A program made the position numbers and the translations under genes. From Candidatus Woesearchaeota archaeon (GTDB lineage: Archaea > Nanobdellota > Nanobdellia > Pacearchaeales > JAHJTO01), in the NCBI GenBank assembly GCA_964540065.1, contig CAZIKY010000001.1, positions 78,798-142,797 of the forward strand: DNA of 64,000 bases, read 5' to 3'. This document shows positions 1 through 9,709 of this stretch, piece after piece. The first letter of the stretch is position 1. Each line of letters opens with the position of its first letter. The notes under the pieces are model-generated. The model was not told the DNA's origin, searched no databases, and saw nothing but the letters and a program-made list of their open reading frames with translations.

Positions 1-72
1 TCCGAGATCATCGGCGATTCTCTGAATAAGCTTGTCCATCTTTTCAGAGACAGAAATCTTTATTTCACCCAT
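1..72 (-). CDS. N-terminal fragment of a gene continuing beyond the window edge (hypothetical)
   Basis: Reverse complement begins ATG at 72..70 and reads MGEIKISVSEKMDKLIQRIADDLG with no stop before position 1. Confidence 0.3.
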   Translation of the reverse strand, partial: MGEIKISVSEKMDKLIQRIADDLG

Positions 73-182
73 TATATCCACTAATTCCTCACCAATTAGT
101 GAGTATTTTAGTATATAAAGGTTTCTGAAGTCGAAAGTTTAAATGAAAAGATATTTAAACATATGTTCAATAATATAAACAT

Positions 183-707
183 ATGTTTGAAGAACTAAAC
201 ACATTAAAGCCCTTTTTTGAATCCCCTTCAAGAGAGTTTAGTGTGAGGGAAGTGGCAAGAGAGCTAAAAATAGCACCAGCCACTTCAAGCAAAAAATTAA
301 AAGATTTAATGAAAAAGGGATTCCTTAAGGAGCGAAAAGAAAGAAAGGCAACTCTGTATAAGGTAGATATAGACAGCGAGGCATACAGAGATTCCAAATT
401 ATTCTATAATATTAGAAAGATAAAGGAATCAGGATTGTTAGAAAGCATAAACAGATTCTATCTAAAACCAACAGTAATACTGTTTGGATCAGCTTCAAAC
501 GGATTGGATATTGAAACTAGTGATTTTGACCTTTTGATAATTTCAGAAAAAACAAAAGAATTCCCTGAAAGAGAAAAATTCGAAAGAGCCATAAACCGCA
601 GAATACAAATGTTTGTATACAAAGAATTGAGAGAATTAGAAAATAAGCACTTAATCAATAGCGTACTTAATGGAATAGTTTTACAGGGGGAAATAAGATG
701 GACTTAG
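183..707 (+). CDS. Minimal nucleotidyltransferase (MNT-type, toxin-antitoxin component)
   Basis: 174 aa. Has the GS-x(9-10)-D-x-D nucleotidyltransferase signature (GSASNGLDIETSDFDLLI) and an N-terminal wHTH-like region. Overlaps the downstream HEPN ORF by 10 nt. Confidence 0.6.
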   Translation: MFEELNTLKPFFESPSREFSVREVARELKIAPATSSKKLKDLMKKGFLKERKERKATLYKVDIDSEAYRDSKLFYNIRKIKESGLLESINRFYLKPTVILFGSASNGLDIETSDFDLLIISEKTKEFPEREKFERAINRRIQMFVYKELRELENKHLINSVLNGIVLQGEIRWT

Positions 708-1111
708 ACGATTGCTTCAAAAAAGGTTTCATCAAAAAGACGAGTATTAACACCGAGCTAATAAAGTCACTTATTGAAATGTCTCATATAAAAGAAAAAA
801 CAATAAACAGAGCAGAAATTGATGGCGAGAATATCTCTGTGTATGTTTCAGTAGCCTATGATTCTTTGAGGGAAATATTAGAGGCAATATGCATAAGCAA
901 GGAATATAAGGTCACCTCACATCTTTGCATTGGAGAGTTATTAAAGACAATGATAGAAGATTTTGATTTTAACGAATTTGACAGGATGAGATATGTAAGA
1001 AATGGAATAAATTATTATGGAAATAAAATAGAGATGGAACAGGGCAAAGAGATAATAGGGAAAATTTTTGCTATGAAAAACAAATTGAAAAAGAGGTACT
1101 TAAAATACTAA
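698..1111 (+). CDS. HEPN-domain protein (partner of MNT)
   Basis: 137 aa all-alpha small protein, translationally coupled to the MNT gene. This is the typical MNT/HEPN pair organisation. Confidence 0.5.
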   Translation: MDLDDCFKKGFIKKTSINTELIKSLIEMSHIKEKTINRAEIDGENISVYVSVAYDSLREILEAICISKEYKVTSHLCIGELLKTMIEDFDFNEFDRMRYVRNGINYYGNKIEMEQGKEIIGKIFAMKNKLKKRYLKY

Positions 1112-1112
1112 A

Positions 1113-3545
1113 ATGGAAGAAGAAAAAGAGCTGATTCTGAAGAAGCTTCGCCCGCAATATAAGAAGTATTGGGAAGTAAGCCTCTTCAAAGAAAAGGGCT
1201 TTCAGAGGCAGAAATGCCCTAAATGCAAGAAATTCTTCTGGGCTCTAGAAAAGAAAAAGACATGCGGGGATGCAGACTGCCAAGGAGGATATACTTTTAT
1301 TGGAGATTCTCCTTGTGGGAAGAAATTCACTTATGAAGAGACTTGGAAAGCGATAAAAGATTTCTTTGTTAAAAACGGTCATACCCCGTTCAAAAGCTAT
1401 CCTGTTGTCACAAGGTGGTTCCCGGGACTTTATTTCACAGTAGCAGGAATAGTTGCCTTTCAAAGAAAAACTCGGGGAAAGACTGTCTTTGAATTCCCTG
1501 CAAACCCTTTGATCATCCCGCAATTCTGTTTAAGATTCCCAGACATAGAAAACGTTGGAGTCACAGGAAGGCACATGACTAATTTTGCAATGGTCGGCCA
1601 GCATAGCCTTCATGATCCCAAAAAGAAAACAGGATACTGGAAAGATAAATGCATTGAACTCGATTACAAACTTCTAACCGAAGTATTCAAGATAAAACCT
1701 AAGGAAATAACATTTGTTGAAGATGCTTGGATGGGTGCAGGAGCCTTCGGTTATAGCCTCGAATATTTTGTTCGAGGCCTAGAAGTAGGAAATGCAGTTT
1801 TCACAGATTTTATCGGCACCCCTAAAGACTATGAAGTAAGCGAAGAGAAGGTCATCGACATGGGGGCAGGCCTTGAAAGATTTACCTGGCTCTCTCAGGG
1901 AACTACAACTGCATACGAAGCAGTTTATCCAGAAATTGAAAAATACAAGAAAAAGGCCAAAAATGAAAAGGAACTTGAAGCAATTTATGCAATCTTTGAT
2001 CATGTTAGGGGACTTCTTCTTGCAGTAAATGACAATGCACTGCCAAGCAATGTCGGCGGAGGATATAATCTCAGAGTGATTTTAAGGCGTTCACTCAACT
2101 TCCTAGACCAATATAAGTTAGAACTGGATTTAGTGGAAATTGCCAAGCTTCACGCCAAACAGCTTAACAAAACCGGAATGATTGGGCAAGATTTGGCAAA
2201 CGCAATCCCTCAATTCGAAAAGATACTCTTAATGGAAAAAGCCAAATATGAAGAGACTAAAAAGAAAAGTGCCGCATTAATTGCAAAAATTGTCCAAGAG
2301 AGGAAAGTCCCATCGACTGATGAACTCCTCACACTTTATGAAAGCCAAGGAATCCATCCTGAAATTTTGCAGCAAGAAGCTGCAAAAGCTAATCTAAGGA
2401 TCGACGTTCCGAAAGACTTTTACCAGCAGCTCATGAAAAAGAAAGAGCGCCCAGAACAAAAGAAGGAAAAGATTTTCAAATTAGGGAAAACCAAAGAAAC
2501 AGAAATACTTTATTACAGTCGGCCTTTAATCCTCGAATTTGATGCCAAGGTAATAAAGATTTTTGATGAAGGTAAAGTGGTTGCCCTTGATAAGACTGCT
2601 TTTTATCCAGAATCAGGCGGGCAGGAAAATGATTTTGGCACAATAGACGGAATAAAAGTGCTGAATGTAGAGAGACATGACGGGGTAATTCTCCATTTCC
2701 TTGAACAACCGTTGAAAAAGAAAGGCAAAATTCATGGAATTATTGATTCTAAGAGAAGGCTTCAATTGTCCCAGCATCACACTGGAACGCATGTAGTAAA
2801 TTATGCTGCAAGAAAAGTTCTAGGAGACCAAGTTTTCCAGGCAGGTGCGCATAAAGCCGAGAATTCTTCAAGGCTGGACATTACGCATTGGGCCAATCTG
2901 ACTAAAGAAGAGATTTCGCAAATTGAAGCTGAAGCAAATAAGCTTATCCGGCAAAAAACTCCTGTAAAAAAAGAGGTCCTTCCAAGAATGGAAGCCGAGC
3001 AAAAATATGGTTTCTCAATATATCAGGGAGGAGTTGTTCCAGAAGAGAACCTCAGAATAATCAATATCGGAGGGTTGGACATTGAAGCGTGTGGAGGAAC
3101 ACATCTTGACAACACATCAGAAATTGAGCTCATCAAGATAATAAACTCTGAAAGAATCGCAGATGGAGTTACAAGAATTAATTTTGCCGCAGGGGAAGCG
3201 GCAAAAGCAATAGAGAGGAAAAAGCTGAAAATTTTAGAGGATTCTGCAGCGGCCATAAATGTATCCAAGGAAGAGCTTCCTAGTGCTGCAATGGACCTCT
3301 TCATTAAATGGAAGAAAGCGAAAAAACTCTTATCTAAAGCTAAAGAAGGGAAGCTCATTGCCCCTGAAGAGATGAAAGAGTTAGAGTTAAGTTATGAGCC
3401 GGTAAAGACTAAAGTTTCTGATGAGGATCTCCTCAATCAAACACTAAAAGTTTTGTCCACAAATCCCGAATATCTCGCTCAGACACTTCAAAGATTCTAT
3501 AAAGAGTACAATGAGGCTAAAGATCAGCTGAAGAAAATAAGATAA
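1113..3545 (+). CDS. alaS: Alanyl-tRNA synthetase (archaeal type)
   Basis: 810 aa. Class II core motifs (FTVAGIVAFQ, GAGLERFTW) and the editing-domain Zn motif (HHTGTHVVN ... ACGGTHLD). Confidence 0.9.
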   Translation: MEEEKELILKKLRPQYKKYWEVSLFKEKGFQRQKCPKCKKFFWALEKKKTCGDADCQGGYTFIGDSPCGKKFTYEETWKAIKDFFVKNGHTPFKSYPVVTRWFPGLYFTVAGIVAFQRKTRGKTVFEFPANPLIIPQFCLRFPDIENVGVTGRHMTNFAMVGQHSLHDPKKKTGYWKDKCIELDYKLLTEVFKIKPKEITFVEDAWMGAGAFGYSLEYFVRGLEVGNAVFTDFIGTPKDYEVSEEKVIDMGAGLERFTWLSQGTTTAYEAVYPEIEKYKKKAKNEKELEAIYAIFDHVRGLLLAVNDNALPSNVGGGYNLRVILRRSLNFLDQYKLELDLVEIAKLHAKQLNKTGMIGQDLANAIPQFEKILLMEKAKYEETKKKSAALIAKIVQERKVPSTDELLTLYESQGIHPEILQQEAAKANLRIDVPKDFYQQLMKKKERPEQKKEKIFKLGKTKETEILYYSRPLILEFDAKVIKIFDEGKVVALDKTAFYPESGGQENDFGTIDGIKVLNVERHDGVILHFLEQPLKKKGKIHGIIDSKRRLQLSQHHTGTHVVNYAARKVLGDQVFQAGAHKAENSSRLDITHWANLTKEEISQIEAEANKLIRQKTPVKKEVLPRMEAEQKYGFSIYQGGVVPEENLRIINIGGLDIEACGGTHLDNTSEIELIKIINSERIADGVTRINFAAGEAAKAIERKKLKILEDSAAAINVSKEELPSAAMDLFIKWKKAKKLLSKAKEGKLIAPEEMKELELSYEPVKTKVSDEDLLNQTLKVLSTNPEYLAQTLQRFYKEYNEAKDQLKKIR

Positions 3546-3596
3546 CCGATAAGGTTATAAAGATCTTATAATTAAAGACAGTATAAAAGGGGAAAG

Positions 3597-4304
3597 ATGG
3601 AAATAGAACTTAAAGAAAAGCCAAAAAAGGGGGCAATTCTGATTGAAGGTTTTCCAGGTTTCGGTTTGGTAAGCACTATCGCAACCGAATTTCTCATAGA
3701 ACACTTAAATGCAAAACCTATCGGCAAAATAAAAAGCGAAAAAATGGCTCCAGTGGTTGCTTTGCACAAAGGAGATATAATCGAGCCTTTCGGAATATTT
3801 TACAGCCAAAAAAGTAATATAGTGATAGTCCGGGCAATTTCACCGATAAAAGATATGGAATGGGAAGCTGCAGAGACTTTGAAAAAGCTTGCTAAAGATA
3901 TTCAAGCAAAAGAGATAATTTCTATCGAAGGTGTTGGCAGTGATGGCAAGCTCCCAGAGCCCGAAGCATTTTACTTTTCAAAAGATTCAAAAAAACAGAA
4001 TAAGTTTAAATCAATCAAACTCAAGAAATTAGATGAAGGGGTTATTGTAGGGGTTACCGCGGCATTGTTAGTCGTTCATCCGGAGGTAACTTGTATTTTT
4101 TCCGAAGCATACTCTAATCTTCCAGACAGCAGAGCCGCAGCCAAGATAGTAGAAGTTCTTGATGATTACCTTGACTTAGATGTAGATTACAAACCTTTAG
4201 TAAAAAAGGCTGAATCATTCGAGAGCAAGATAAGAAATTTGATTGTCAAGAGTGCTGAAGCAGCATCAAAGCAAAAAGAAAAGCATGAAAGCTACTTCGG
4301 CTGA
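3597..4304 (+). CDS. PAC2-family proteasome assembly chaperone-like protein
   Basis: 235 aa with N-terminal GFPGFGLVSTIATEFLIEHL, the hallmark GFPGxGxVG motif of the PAC2/COG1938 family. Confidence 0.6.
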   Translation: MEIELKEKPKKGAILIEGFPGFGLVSTIATEFLIEHLNAKPIGKIKSEKMAPVVALHKGDIIEPFGIFYSQKSNIVIVRAISPIKDMEWEAAETLKKLAKDIQAKEIISIEGVGSDGKLPEPEAFYFSKDSKKQNKFKSIKLKKLDEGVIVGVTAALLVVHPEVTCIFSEAYSNLPDSRAAAKIVEVLDDYLDLDVDYKPLVKKAESFESKIRNLIVKSAEAASKQKEKHESYFG

Positions 4305-4315
4305 TCCCATTCTGA

Positions 4316-4915
4316 TTAAAATTTATCCCATAAGAAATTAAAGTAATTCTTGAAATATTCTACTGTTCCCTTTTCGGAGATCATAACGCTGGCTTCATTA
4401 TTCCTCTCAAACGCGGAAAATCCCCAATTGGTGCTCCCGATTACTATCCTTTGACCATCAATTATCACTAACTTGGTATGGGTCGTCTCCTTTAAAGAAT
4501 CTAATTTGACTTCTATCCCATTTTCCCCAAGATAATCCTTAGTTTTCCAGTTTTCTTTTGTAAGGCCGGTTATCTTCTTGTTCCATTCGCTCTGATCTAA
4601 GAGCACTCTAACTTTAACACCCCTCTCTTTAGCAGAAATCAAGGCATCTTCAAGCTGCCGGACAGAATTATTAGTTTCATAAAACTTCATTTCATACATT
4701 AAGATATCTATGTTGGACCGAGCAGAATTTATCTCGTTCATAACGACTTTCGGATACTGCTCATTTATCAGGGGTGTTATCTCTCCATCGTTAAAGCTAC
4801 ATATCGGCCCTGTCCATCCAGTGTCAAGGATATAAGAAGCTCCAACAAAACCTAAAGAAAAGACAAAAAGAACACATAAAAATAAGAAGACATACCTCTT
4901 TATTTCAAAAGCCAT
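4316..4915 (-). CDS. Secreted phospholipase-D-superfamily nuclease (Nuc-like, single HKD motif)
   Basis: 199 aa. Hydrophobic N-terminal signal (FLFLCVLFVFSLGFVGASY) and an HKD motif (HTKLVIIDGQRIVIGSTNW). Confidence 0.6.
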   Translation of the reverse strand: MAFEIKRYVFLFLCVLFVFSLGFVGASYILDTGWTGPICSFNDGEITPLINEQYPKVVMNEINSARSNIDILMYEMKFYETNNSVRQLEDALISAKERGVKVRVLLDQSEWNKKITGLTKENWKTKDYLGENGIEVKLDSLKETTHTKLVIIDGQRIVIGSTNWGFSAFERNNEASVMISEKGTVEYFKNYFNFLWDKF

Positions 4916-4924
4916 GTTAAGAAA

Positions 4925-7492
4925 TTATTCTACATAAACTGCGGGGCGTCCAGGCCTTGCCTTCCCCGCTTTATTCTGAGGATCATACTTTTTTTTGTCA
5001 TTAACTGCGGAAACATAAGTCTCCTTTTGTAGCCTCTGGCCAATTATGCCGGAGTCATAGTATGCAAGCTCGTTTGGAAGGATATAAAGGTAAACTTTAT
5101 TTGGCTCTTTGCCGCTTTTTTCTTTTATTATCTTAAGAATATTCTTAGTGTCTTCAATCGCTTTTTCAACATCCTTGTCTGCTTGTTCCAGCTTCTCATC
5201 TATTTTCTTCTCATCCGCAGAAGGCCACCTCTCAAGGCTTAATAAGTTTTTATTCCCAAGATTATGCCAAAGCTCTTCACTTATATGTGGGCAGAAAGGA
5301 TGCAGCAACTTAAGGTATTTCTCCAAGGTTTCTTTACTTTCTTCTTCAGAAAAATTTTCTATAAGCTGCCTCAACTTTATAAGAGTCATGTTATACCTAA
5401 AACTCTCGATTTCTTCCGTAATATCTTTTACAGCTTTGTTTATTCTACTTTCAGATTTGGCTCCGCTCTTCCCAACTTTGACTTTTCCAAAATAGTCTAC
5501 GACTTTATTTACGAATCTGTGGCTTCCTTCAATTGCAGCGTCGTTCCATGCAAAATCTTTATCTGGTCCGGCGCTGGAAACAAGGTAAAATCTGAGCGTG
5601 TCTGTTCCAAATTTATTTATTATCATTAATGGCTCAACTCCATTTCCGCGAGACTTCGACATTACAAAACCATCAGAGCCATGAACCATCCCCTGATTGA
5701 ACAGCCTTAATGCAGGCTCACTAAAGTCTAGAATCCCAAGAGATCCGAGGAACATCGTATAAAATCTGAAGTAGATTAGATGCATACATGCATGTTCGGC
5801 TCCACCAATGTAAGTGTCAATCGGCATCCAGTATTTAGCTTTGGCTTTTCCAAATATTTCTTTTACATTATGTGGATCGCAGTACCTTAAGAAATACCAA
5901 GAGGAGTTTACAAAAGTGCTCATTGTATCAGTTTCGCGCTTCGCATCTCTCTTGCATTTAGGGCATGTGGTGTTTACAAATTCTTTGCTGGTCGCAAGAG
6001 GATTCCCCTTTCCAAATTGAACTTTAACCGGCAATTCGATAGGCAGATCTTTCTCTGGGACAGGGATCACACCGCACTCCGAACAATAGATTACAGGGAT
6101 AGGGGTCCCCCAATATCTTTGTCTTGAAAGTAGCCAGTCCCTTAGTTTATATTCGACTGCCTCACCCCCTAAACCCTTCTCTTCCAAATCTTTTGTGATG
6201 TGAATCTTTGCCTCCTCGCTGTTTAAATCATTAAAGGTTCCAGAATTAACAAGGTTCCCAAGACCCTCATAAGCTTCTTTCATTTTAAGAACATCTAATT
6301 TTCTGTCATCGGGCTGTATTACAATTTTTATCGGAATTTTATATTTTTTAGCAAATTCAAAGTCTCTCTGATCATGTGCTGGAACAGCCATCACTGCCCC
6401 CGTGCCATAATCGGCAAGAACAAAATTTGAAGCAAATATTGGCACTTGGCCATGAGTTAATGGATGGATAGCATACTTTCCGGTAAAGAAACCTTCTTTT
6501 GCTTTGTCTGCATCCAATTTTTCAGAGGTGGTAGTCTTTTTCAGAAAAGCATGATAATCTTTTTCGTATTTTGTTCCTTTTACAAACTCAGCAACTTTCG
6601 GATGCTGAGCAGCATAAACTAAGAAAGTAACTCCATAAAGAGTATCTGGCCTAGTAGTAAAGATCTCTATTTTTTCTTTCGAACCTTCCAGCCCAAAAAG
6701 AACTTTCGTCCCTTCACTTCTTCCAATCCAATGCCTTTGCATGTCTTTTATTCTTTCAGGCCAATCGAGCTTATCCAGCCCTTTAAGAAGCTCTTCAGAA
6801 TAAGCCGTTGTCTTAAGGAACCATTGCTCGAGGTGCTTAATCTCAACAGTTGTATCTTTGTGCCTCCAGCATTTTCCATCAACGACTTCTTCATTAGCTA
6901 AGACAGTATTGCATTTGGGACAGTAGTTTGCGGGAGCTTTCTTGCGGTAAGCAATTCCCTTTTTGAGCATCTGCAAGAAAATCCATTGGTCCCACTTGTA
7001 ATAAGAGGGGTCGTGGGTTCTAACTTTCCTGCTCCAATCATAGCTGATTCCCAAGGCACGAAACTGTTCTTCGAAATTCTCGATGGCTTTTTCAGTATAT
7101 TCTTTTGGATGAATTCCTTCCTTTATTGCTGCGTTCTCTGCTGGAAGTCCAAGAGAATCGTAGCCCATTGGATGTAGAACGTTAAATCCCTGCATCCTCT
7201 TGAATCTTGCATAAACATCCCCTATAGTGTAGTTGAAGGCATGACCCATGTGGAGCCCAGAACCTGAAGGGTATGGAAACATTTCAAGAACATAGAACTT
7301 TTTTTTATTGGAATCCTCTTTTACTTCGAAAGCCTTAGATTTGGCCCACTCTGCCTGCCACTTTTTCTCGACATCCTTAAAGCTTTTATGGCCGCTCCCA
7401 GAGGCCTCATTTTTTGCTTTTGGAGCTTTCGCCTTTTGATGAACTGATTTCCCCCCTTTCTTCTTAACCATACTATATCTCATGAACAGCAA
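4925..7492 (-). CDS. leuS: Leucyl-tRNA synthetase
   Basis: 855 aa. Class I HIGH-type motif (PYPSGSGLHMGHAFNYTIGDV), HPMGYDSLGLPAE, and KMSKS (VMSKSRGN). Lys-rich N-terminal extension. Confidence 0.9.
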   Translation of the reverse strand: MLFMRYSMVKKKGGKSVHQKAKAPKAKNEASGSGHKSFKDVEKKWQAEWAKSKAFEVKEDSNKKKFYVLEMFPYPSGSGLHMGHAFNYTIGDVYARFKRMQGFNVLHPMGYDSLGLPAENAAIKEGIHPKEYTEKAIENFEEQFRALGISYDWSRKVRTHDPSYYKWDQWIFLQMLKKGIAYRKKAPANYCPKCNTVLANEEVVDGKCWRHKDTTVEIKHLEQWFLKTTAYSEELLKGLDKLDWPERIKDMQRHWIGRSEGTKVLFGLEGSKEKIEIFTTRPDTLYGVTFLVYAAQHPKVAEFVKGTKYEKDYHAFLKKTTTSEKLDADKAKEGFFTGKYAIHPLTHGQVPIFASNFVLADYGTGAVMAVPAHDQRDFEFAKKYKIPIKIVIQPDDRKLDVLKMKEAYEGLGNLVNSGTFNDLNSEEAKIHITKDLEEKGLGGEAVEYKLRDWLLSRQRYWGTPIPVIYCSECGVIPVPEKDLPIELPVKVQFGKGNPLATSKEFVNTTCPKCKRDAKRETDTMSTFVNSSWYFLRYCDPHNVKEIFGKAKAKYWMPIDTYIGGAEHACMHLIYFRFYTMFLGSLGILDFSEPALRLFNQGMVHGSDGFVMSKSRGNGVEPLMIINKFGTDTLRFYLVSSAGPDKDFAWNDAAIEGSHRFVNKVVDYFGKVKVGKSGAKSESRINKAVKDITEEIESFRYNMTLIKLRQLIENFSEEESKETLEKYLKLLHPFCPHISEELWHNLGNKNLLSLERWPSADEKKIDEKLEQADKDVEKAIEDTKNILKIIKEKSGKEPNKVYLYILPNELAYYDSGIIGQRLQKETYVSAVNDKKKYDPQNKAGKARPGRPAVYVE

Positions 7493-7521
7493 TTTAAAAG
7501 ACTATCGCTGGACAGCAACTT

Positions 7522-7529
7522 TTAAAAGA
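7522..7529 (+). promoter_or_regulatory. TATA-like box (TTTAAAAG) about 27 nt upstream of tRNA-Arg
   Basis: AT-rich octamer at the archaeal BRE/TATA distance from the mature tRNA 5' end. Confidence 0.4.
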
Positions 7530-7553
7530 CCCAAAAATCACACTAATCCTATG

Positions 7554-7653
7554 CTCCCGTAGCTCAGCTTGGATAGAGCAATTGCCTTCTATTTCGAAGA
7601 AAATACCGAAGGAGCGAGCAATAGGTCGCAGGTTCAAATCCTGTCGGGAGCGT
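7554..7653 (+). tRNA. tRNA-Arg (anticodon TCT) with a 25-nt intron between positions 37 and 38
   Basis: Manual cloverleaf: acceptor GCTCCCG/CGGGAGC, D-stem GCTC/GAGC, anticodon stem ATTGC/GCAAT, loop CTTCTA|intron|A, T-arm GCAGG-TTCAAAT-CCTGT. Intron is tttcgaagaaaataccgaaggagcg. Mature length is 75 nt. Confidence 0.8.
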
Positions 7654-7663
7654 TTATATTAGA

Positions 7664-8032
7664 ATGGTAAAAATGTACAGAGATATAGGGGAAATGTTGG
7701 GATTAGAAGAGTCCACTAGCGAAGAAGATTCTAAAAGAGAGCTTAGCGCTTTTGAAAGATTTAACATCGGATTATATTGGGGTGCAATTGGGGGTTTGCA
7801 GAGAAATGCGGACAATCTGTCAAGGCTATTCCCTTCAGTTTTTAGACTAAATGATAAAACGCCTCCAAAAGATCGTATGATAGAAGCGGCAAGAAATGTC
7901 CCCGATTATTCTTTAAACGGACATACTGGACTTTCAGCTTCCGGAGCAGGATATTTATTGGGGAATTTTGCTTCTCATCCAGTAACCCTTGTTTCGGCAG
8001 CTGCCACGGCCACATATTGTTTTTCTAGGTAA
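7664..8032 (+). CDS. Hypothetical Gly/Ala-rich small protein
   Basis: 122-aa ORF directly downstream of tRNA-Arg with no recognisable motif. Confidence 0.3.
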   Translation: MVKMYRDIGEMLGLEESTSEEDSKRELSAFERFNIGLYWGAIGGLQRNADNLSRLFPSVFRLNDKTPPKDRMIEAARNVPDYSLNGHTGLSASGAGYLLGNFASHPVTLVSAAATATYCFSR

Positions 8033-8089
8033 TAATCAAAAAAGTTTAAATAGATTCAAACTTAACTGGGTGATATCAAAAGGGGAAAA

Positions 8090-8689
8090 ATGGAGCATAC
8101 ACTTCCAAAACTAAAATATAAGTACGAGGACTTAGAGCCACATATAGATGCTAAAACGGTTCAGATCCACCATGATATCCACCACCAGGGTTATGTAGAT
8201 GGACTAAATAAAGCAGAAAAGGCAATTAAAGAGCTAAGAAACTCAGGGGATTTCTCATTGATTAAGCACTGGGAAAGAGAGCTTGCATTCCACGGCTCAG
8301 GACATATTCTTCATAGCATTTACTGGGAGAACATGTCTCCAAAAGGCGGAGGCCAGCCCACAGACGCAGCGCTTAACGATTATATCAAAAAAGAATTCGG
8401 TACATTCGAATCCCTTAAGAATCAAATTATTGCTGCGGCAAACGCAGTCGAAGGATCCGGATGGTGCATACTCGGCTACCATAAGGAATGGGATAGGCTT
8501 GTAGTCCTTCAATGCGAAAAACATCAGCAGTTAACGCAATGGGGAATTATCCCATTAATCGCACTTGATGTCTGGGAACACGCGTACTATCTTCGATATC
8601 AAAACAAGCGGGCAGAATATACTAAAGCTTGGTTCAACGTTGCAAACTGGAAGGACATTGCTGCAAAGTTAAAATCCGCTTCAAAATAA
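8090..8689 (+). CDS. sod: Fe/Mn superoxide dismutase
   Basis: 199 aa with metal-ligand motifs HHDIHHQGYV and DVWEHAYY. Confidence 0.9.
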   Translation: MEHTLPKLKYKYEDLEPHIDAKTVQIHHDIHHQGYVDGLNKAEKAIKELRNSGDFSLIKHWERELAFHGSGHILHSIYWENMSPKGGGQPTDAALNDYIKKEFGTFESLKNQIIAAANAVEGSGWCILGYHKEWDRLVVLQCEKHQQLTQWGIIPLIALDVWEHAYYLRYQNKRAEYTKAWFNVANWKDIAAKLKSASK

Positions 8690-8692
8690 AAA

Positions 8693-9709
8693 TCATGCAT
8701 TACTCTGCATTATTTCTGAGGAATAATCCAAGGTTTCTGCTATTCCGCCGGAATTTACAATTTCGAAAAATTTTGGAAAGTTGATGTATCTTTTTCCACT
8801 AAGATCCTTTCTGATAAGGCAAGCAACATTTGACGGTTGGTGAGAGCTTATTACTTCATAATTGCCTAGTTCTTTAGCAAGCCGGTCAGAGAAGTCTAGA
8901 ACTTCTTCGTGCCAAGGCATTTCTTGGACAGTATGGACTTTTTGCGCTGCTCCGACCCAGACATAACCTTTCACTTCGATAAAATCTGGATTGCCCCTTT
9001 TAATCAATTCAGCATATTGACTGATATTGCAGTCATTCCAGCCCTTCACCAAGGTAAGCCTTATGCAAGTCCTGAATTTCTTCTTAGCCATTGCGTCTAG
9101 GGATGCAAGCAGTCGCTCATAATAATCTGGGAAAAGAGGCCGGTCTATCTTCTTGAGATCTTCTTTATTAGGGGCATCAAGTGAAATGTAAAGCTGAGTT
9201 ACATTTTCAAGCTTTTCTATCTGCTCTGGGAACTGAGCATTAGTCACGAGAAAAGTAGATATTTTTCTCTCATGAAATTTCTTCAAAAGCTCATTTAGCC
9301 TAGGATAGGTTATTGGCTCACCCGTAAGTGAAAGGGCGACATGCCTTATGCTGTTGCTCTGATTATAAAACTTAGCTTTAGGATTTCCCTTAAATCCCAA
9401 AAGCAGGTCAAATTGCTTTTCAATCGAATTATCAATAATAAAATCAGGTTCATCAACTGGTCCATACCAATTCTTCGAAACTGGAGCTTTTTCTCCCCTC
9501 CAGCAGAAAGTACACCTATTAGCACAAAACATAGAAGTGGTCATCTGAAGGCACTGATGGCTCCTAATTCCATAGAACTTGAATTTATAGCAGCCCCCTT
9601 CTCCCCTAACCATTTTCTTTGTCCACTCACAAACTTTGACGGCACTGTGATTCCCGACAAGACGGTATGACTGTTTTTCAAGCTCTTTTATCTGAGATTC
9701 ATTAAGCAT
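8693..9709 (-). CDS. taw1: Radical-SAM tRNA 4-demethylwyosine synthase (Taw1/TYW1-like)
   Basis: 338 aa. CxxxCxxC motif (CANRCTFCWR) plus upstream Cys residues. Length and layout fit archaeal Taw1. Confidence 0.65.
   Translation of the reverse strand: MLNESQIKELEKQSYRLVGNHSAVKVCEWTKKMVRGEGGCYKFKFYGIRSHQCLQMTTSMFCANRCTFCWRGEKAPVSKNWYGPVDEPDFIIDNSIEKQFDLLLGFKGNPKAKFYNQSNSIRHVALSLTGEPITYPRLNELLKKFHERKISTFLVTNAQFPEQIEKLENVTQLYISLDAPNKEDLKKIDRPLFPDYYERLLASLDAMAKKKFRTCIRLTLVKGWNDCNISQYAELIKRGNPDFIEVKGYVWVGAAQKVHTVQEMPWHEEVLDFSDRLAKELGNYEVISSHQPSNVACLIRKDLSGKRYINFPKFFEIVNSGGIAETLDYSSEIMQSNA

Noticed and set aside
3023-3358. 111-aa antisense ORF inside alaS, and similar antisense/overlapping ORFs (e.g. 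5109-5495, 5264-5629, 11460-11864, 12135-12884, 13721-14191, 17875-18273, 53353-53568, 54653-55132, 61374-61778)
   Set aside because: They are fully embedded in confidently assigned longer genes on the opposite strand or in another frame. They have no motifs, and all are low-complexity.
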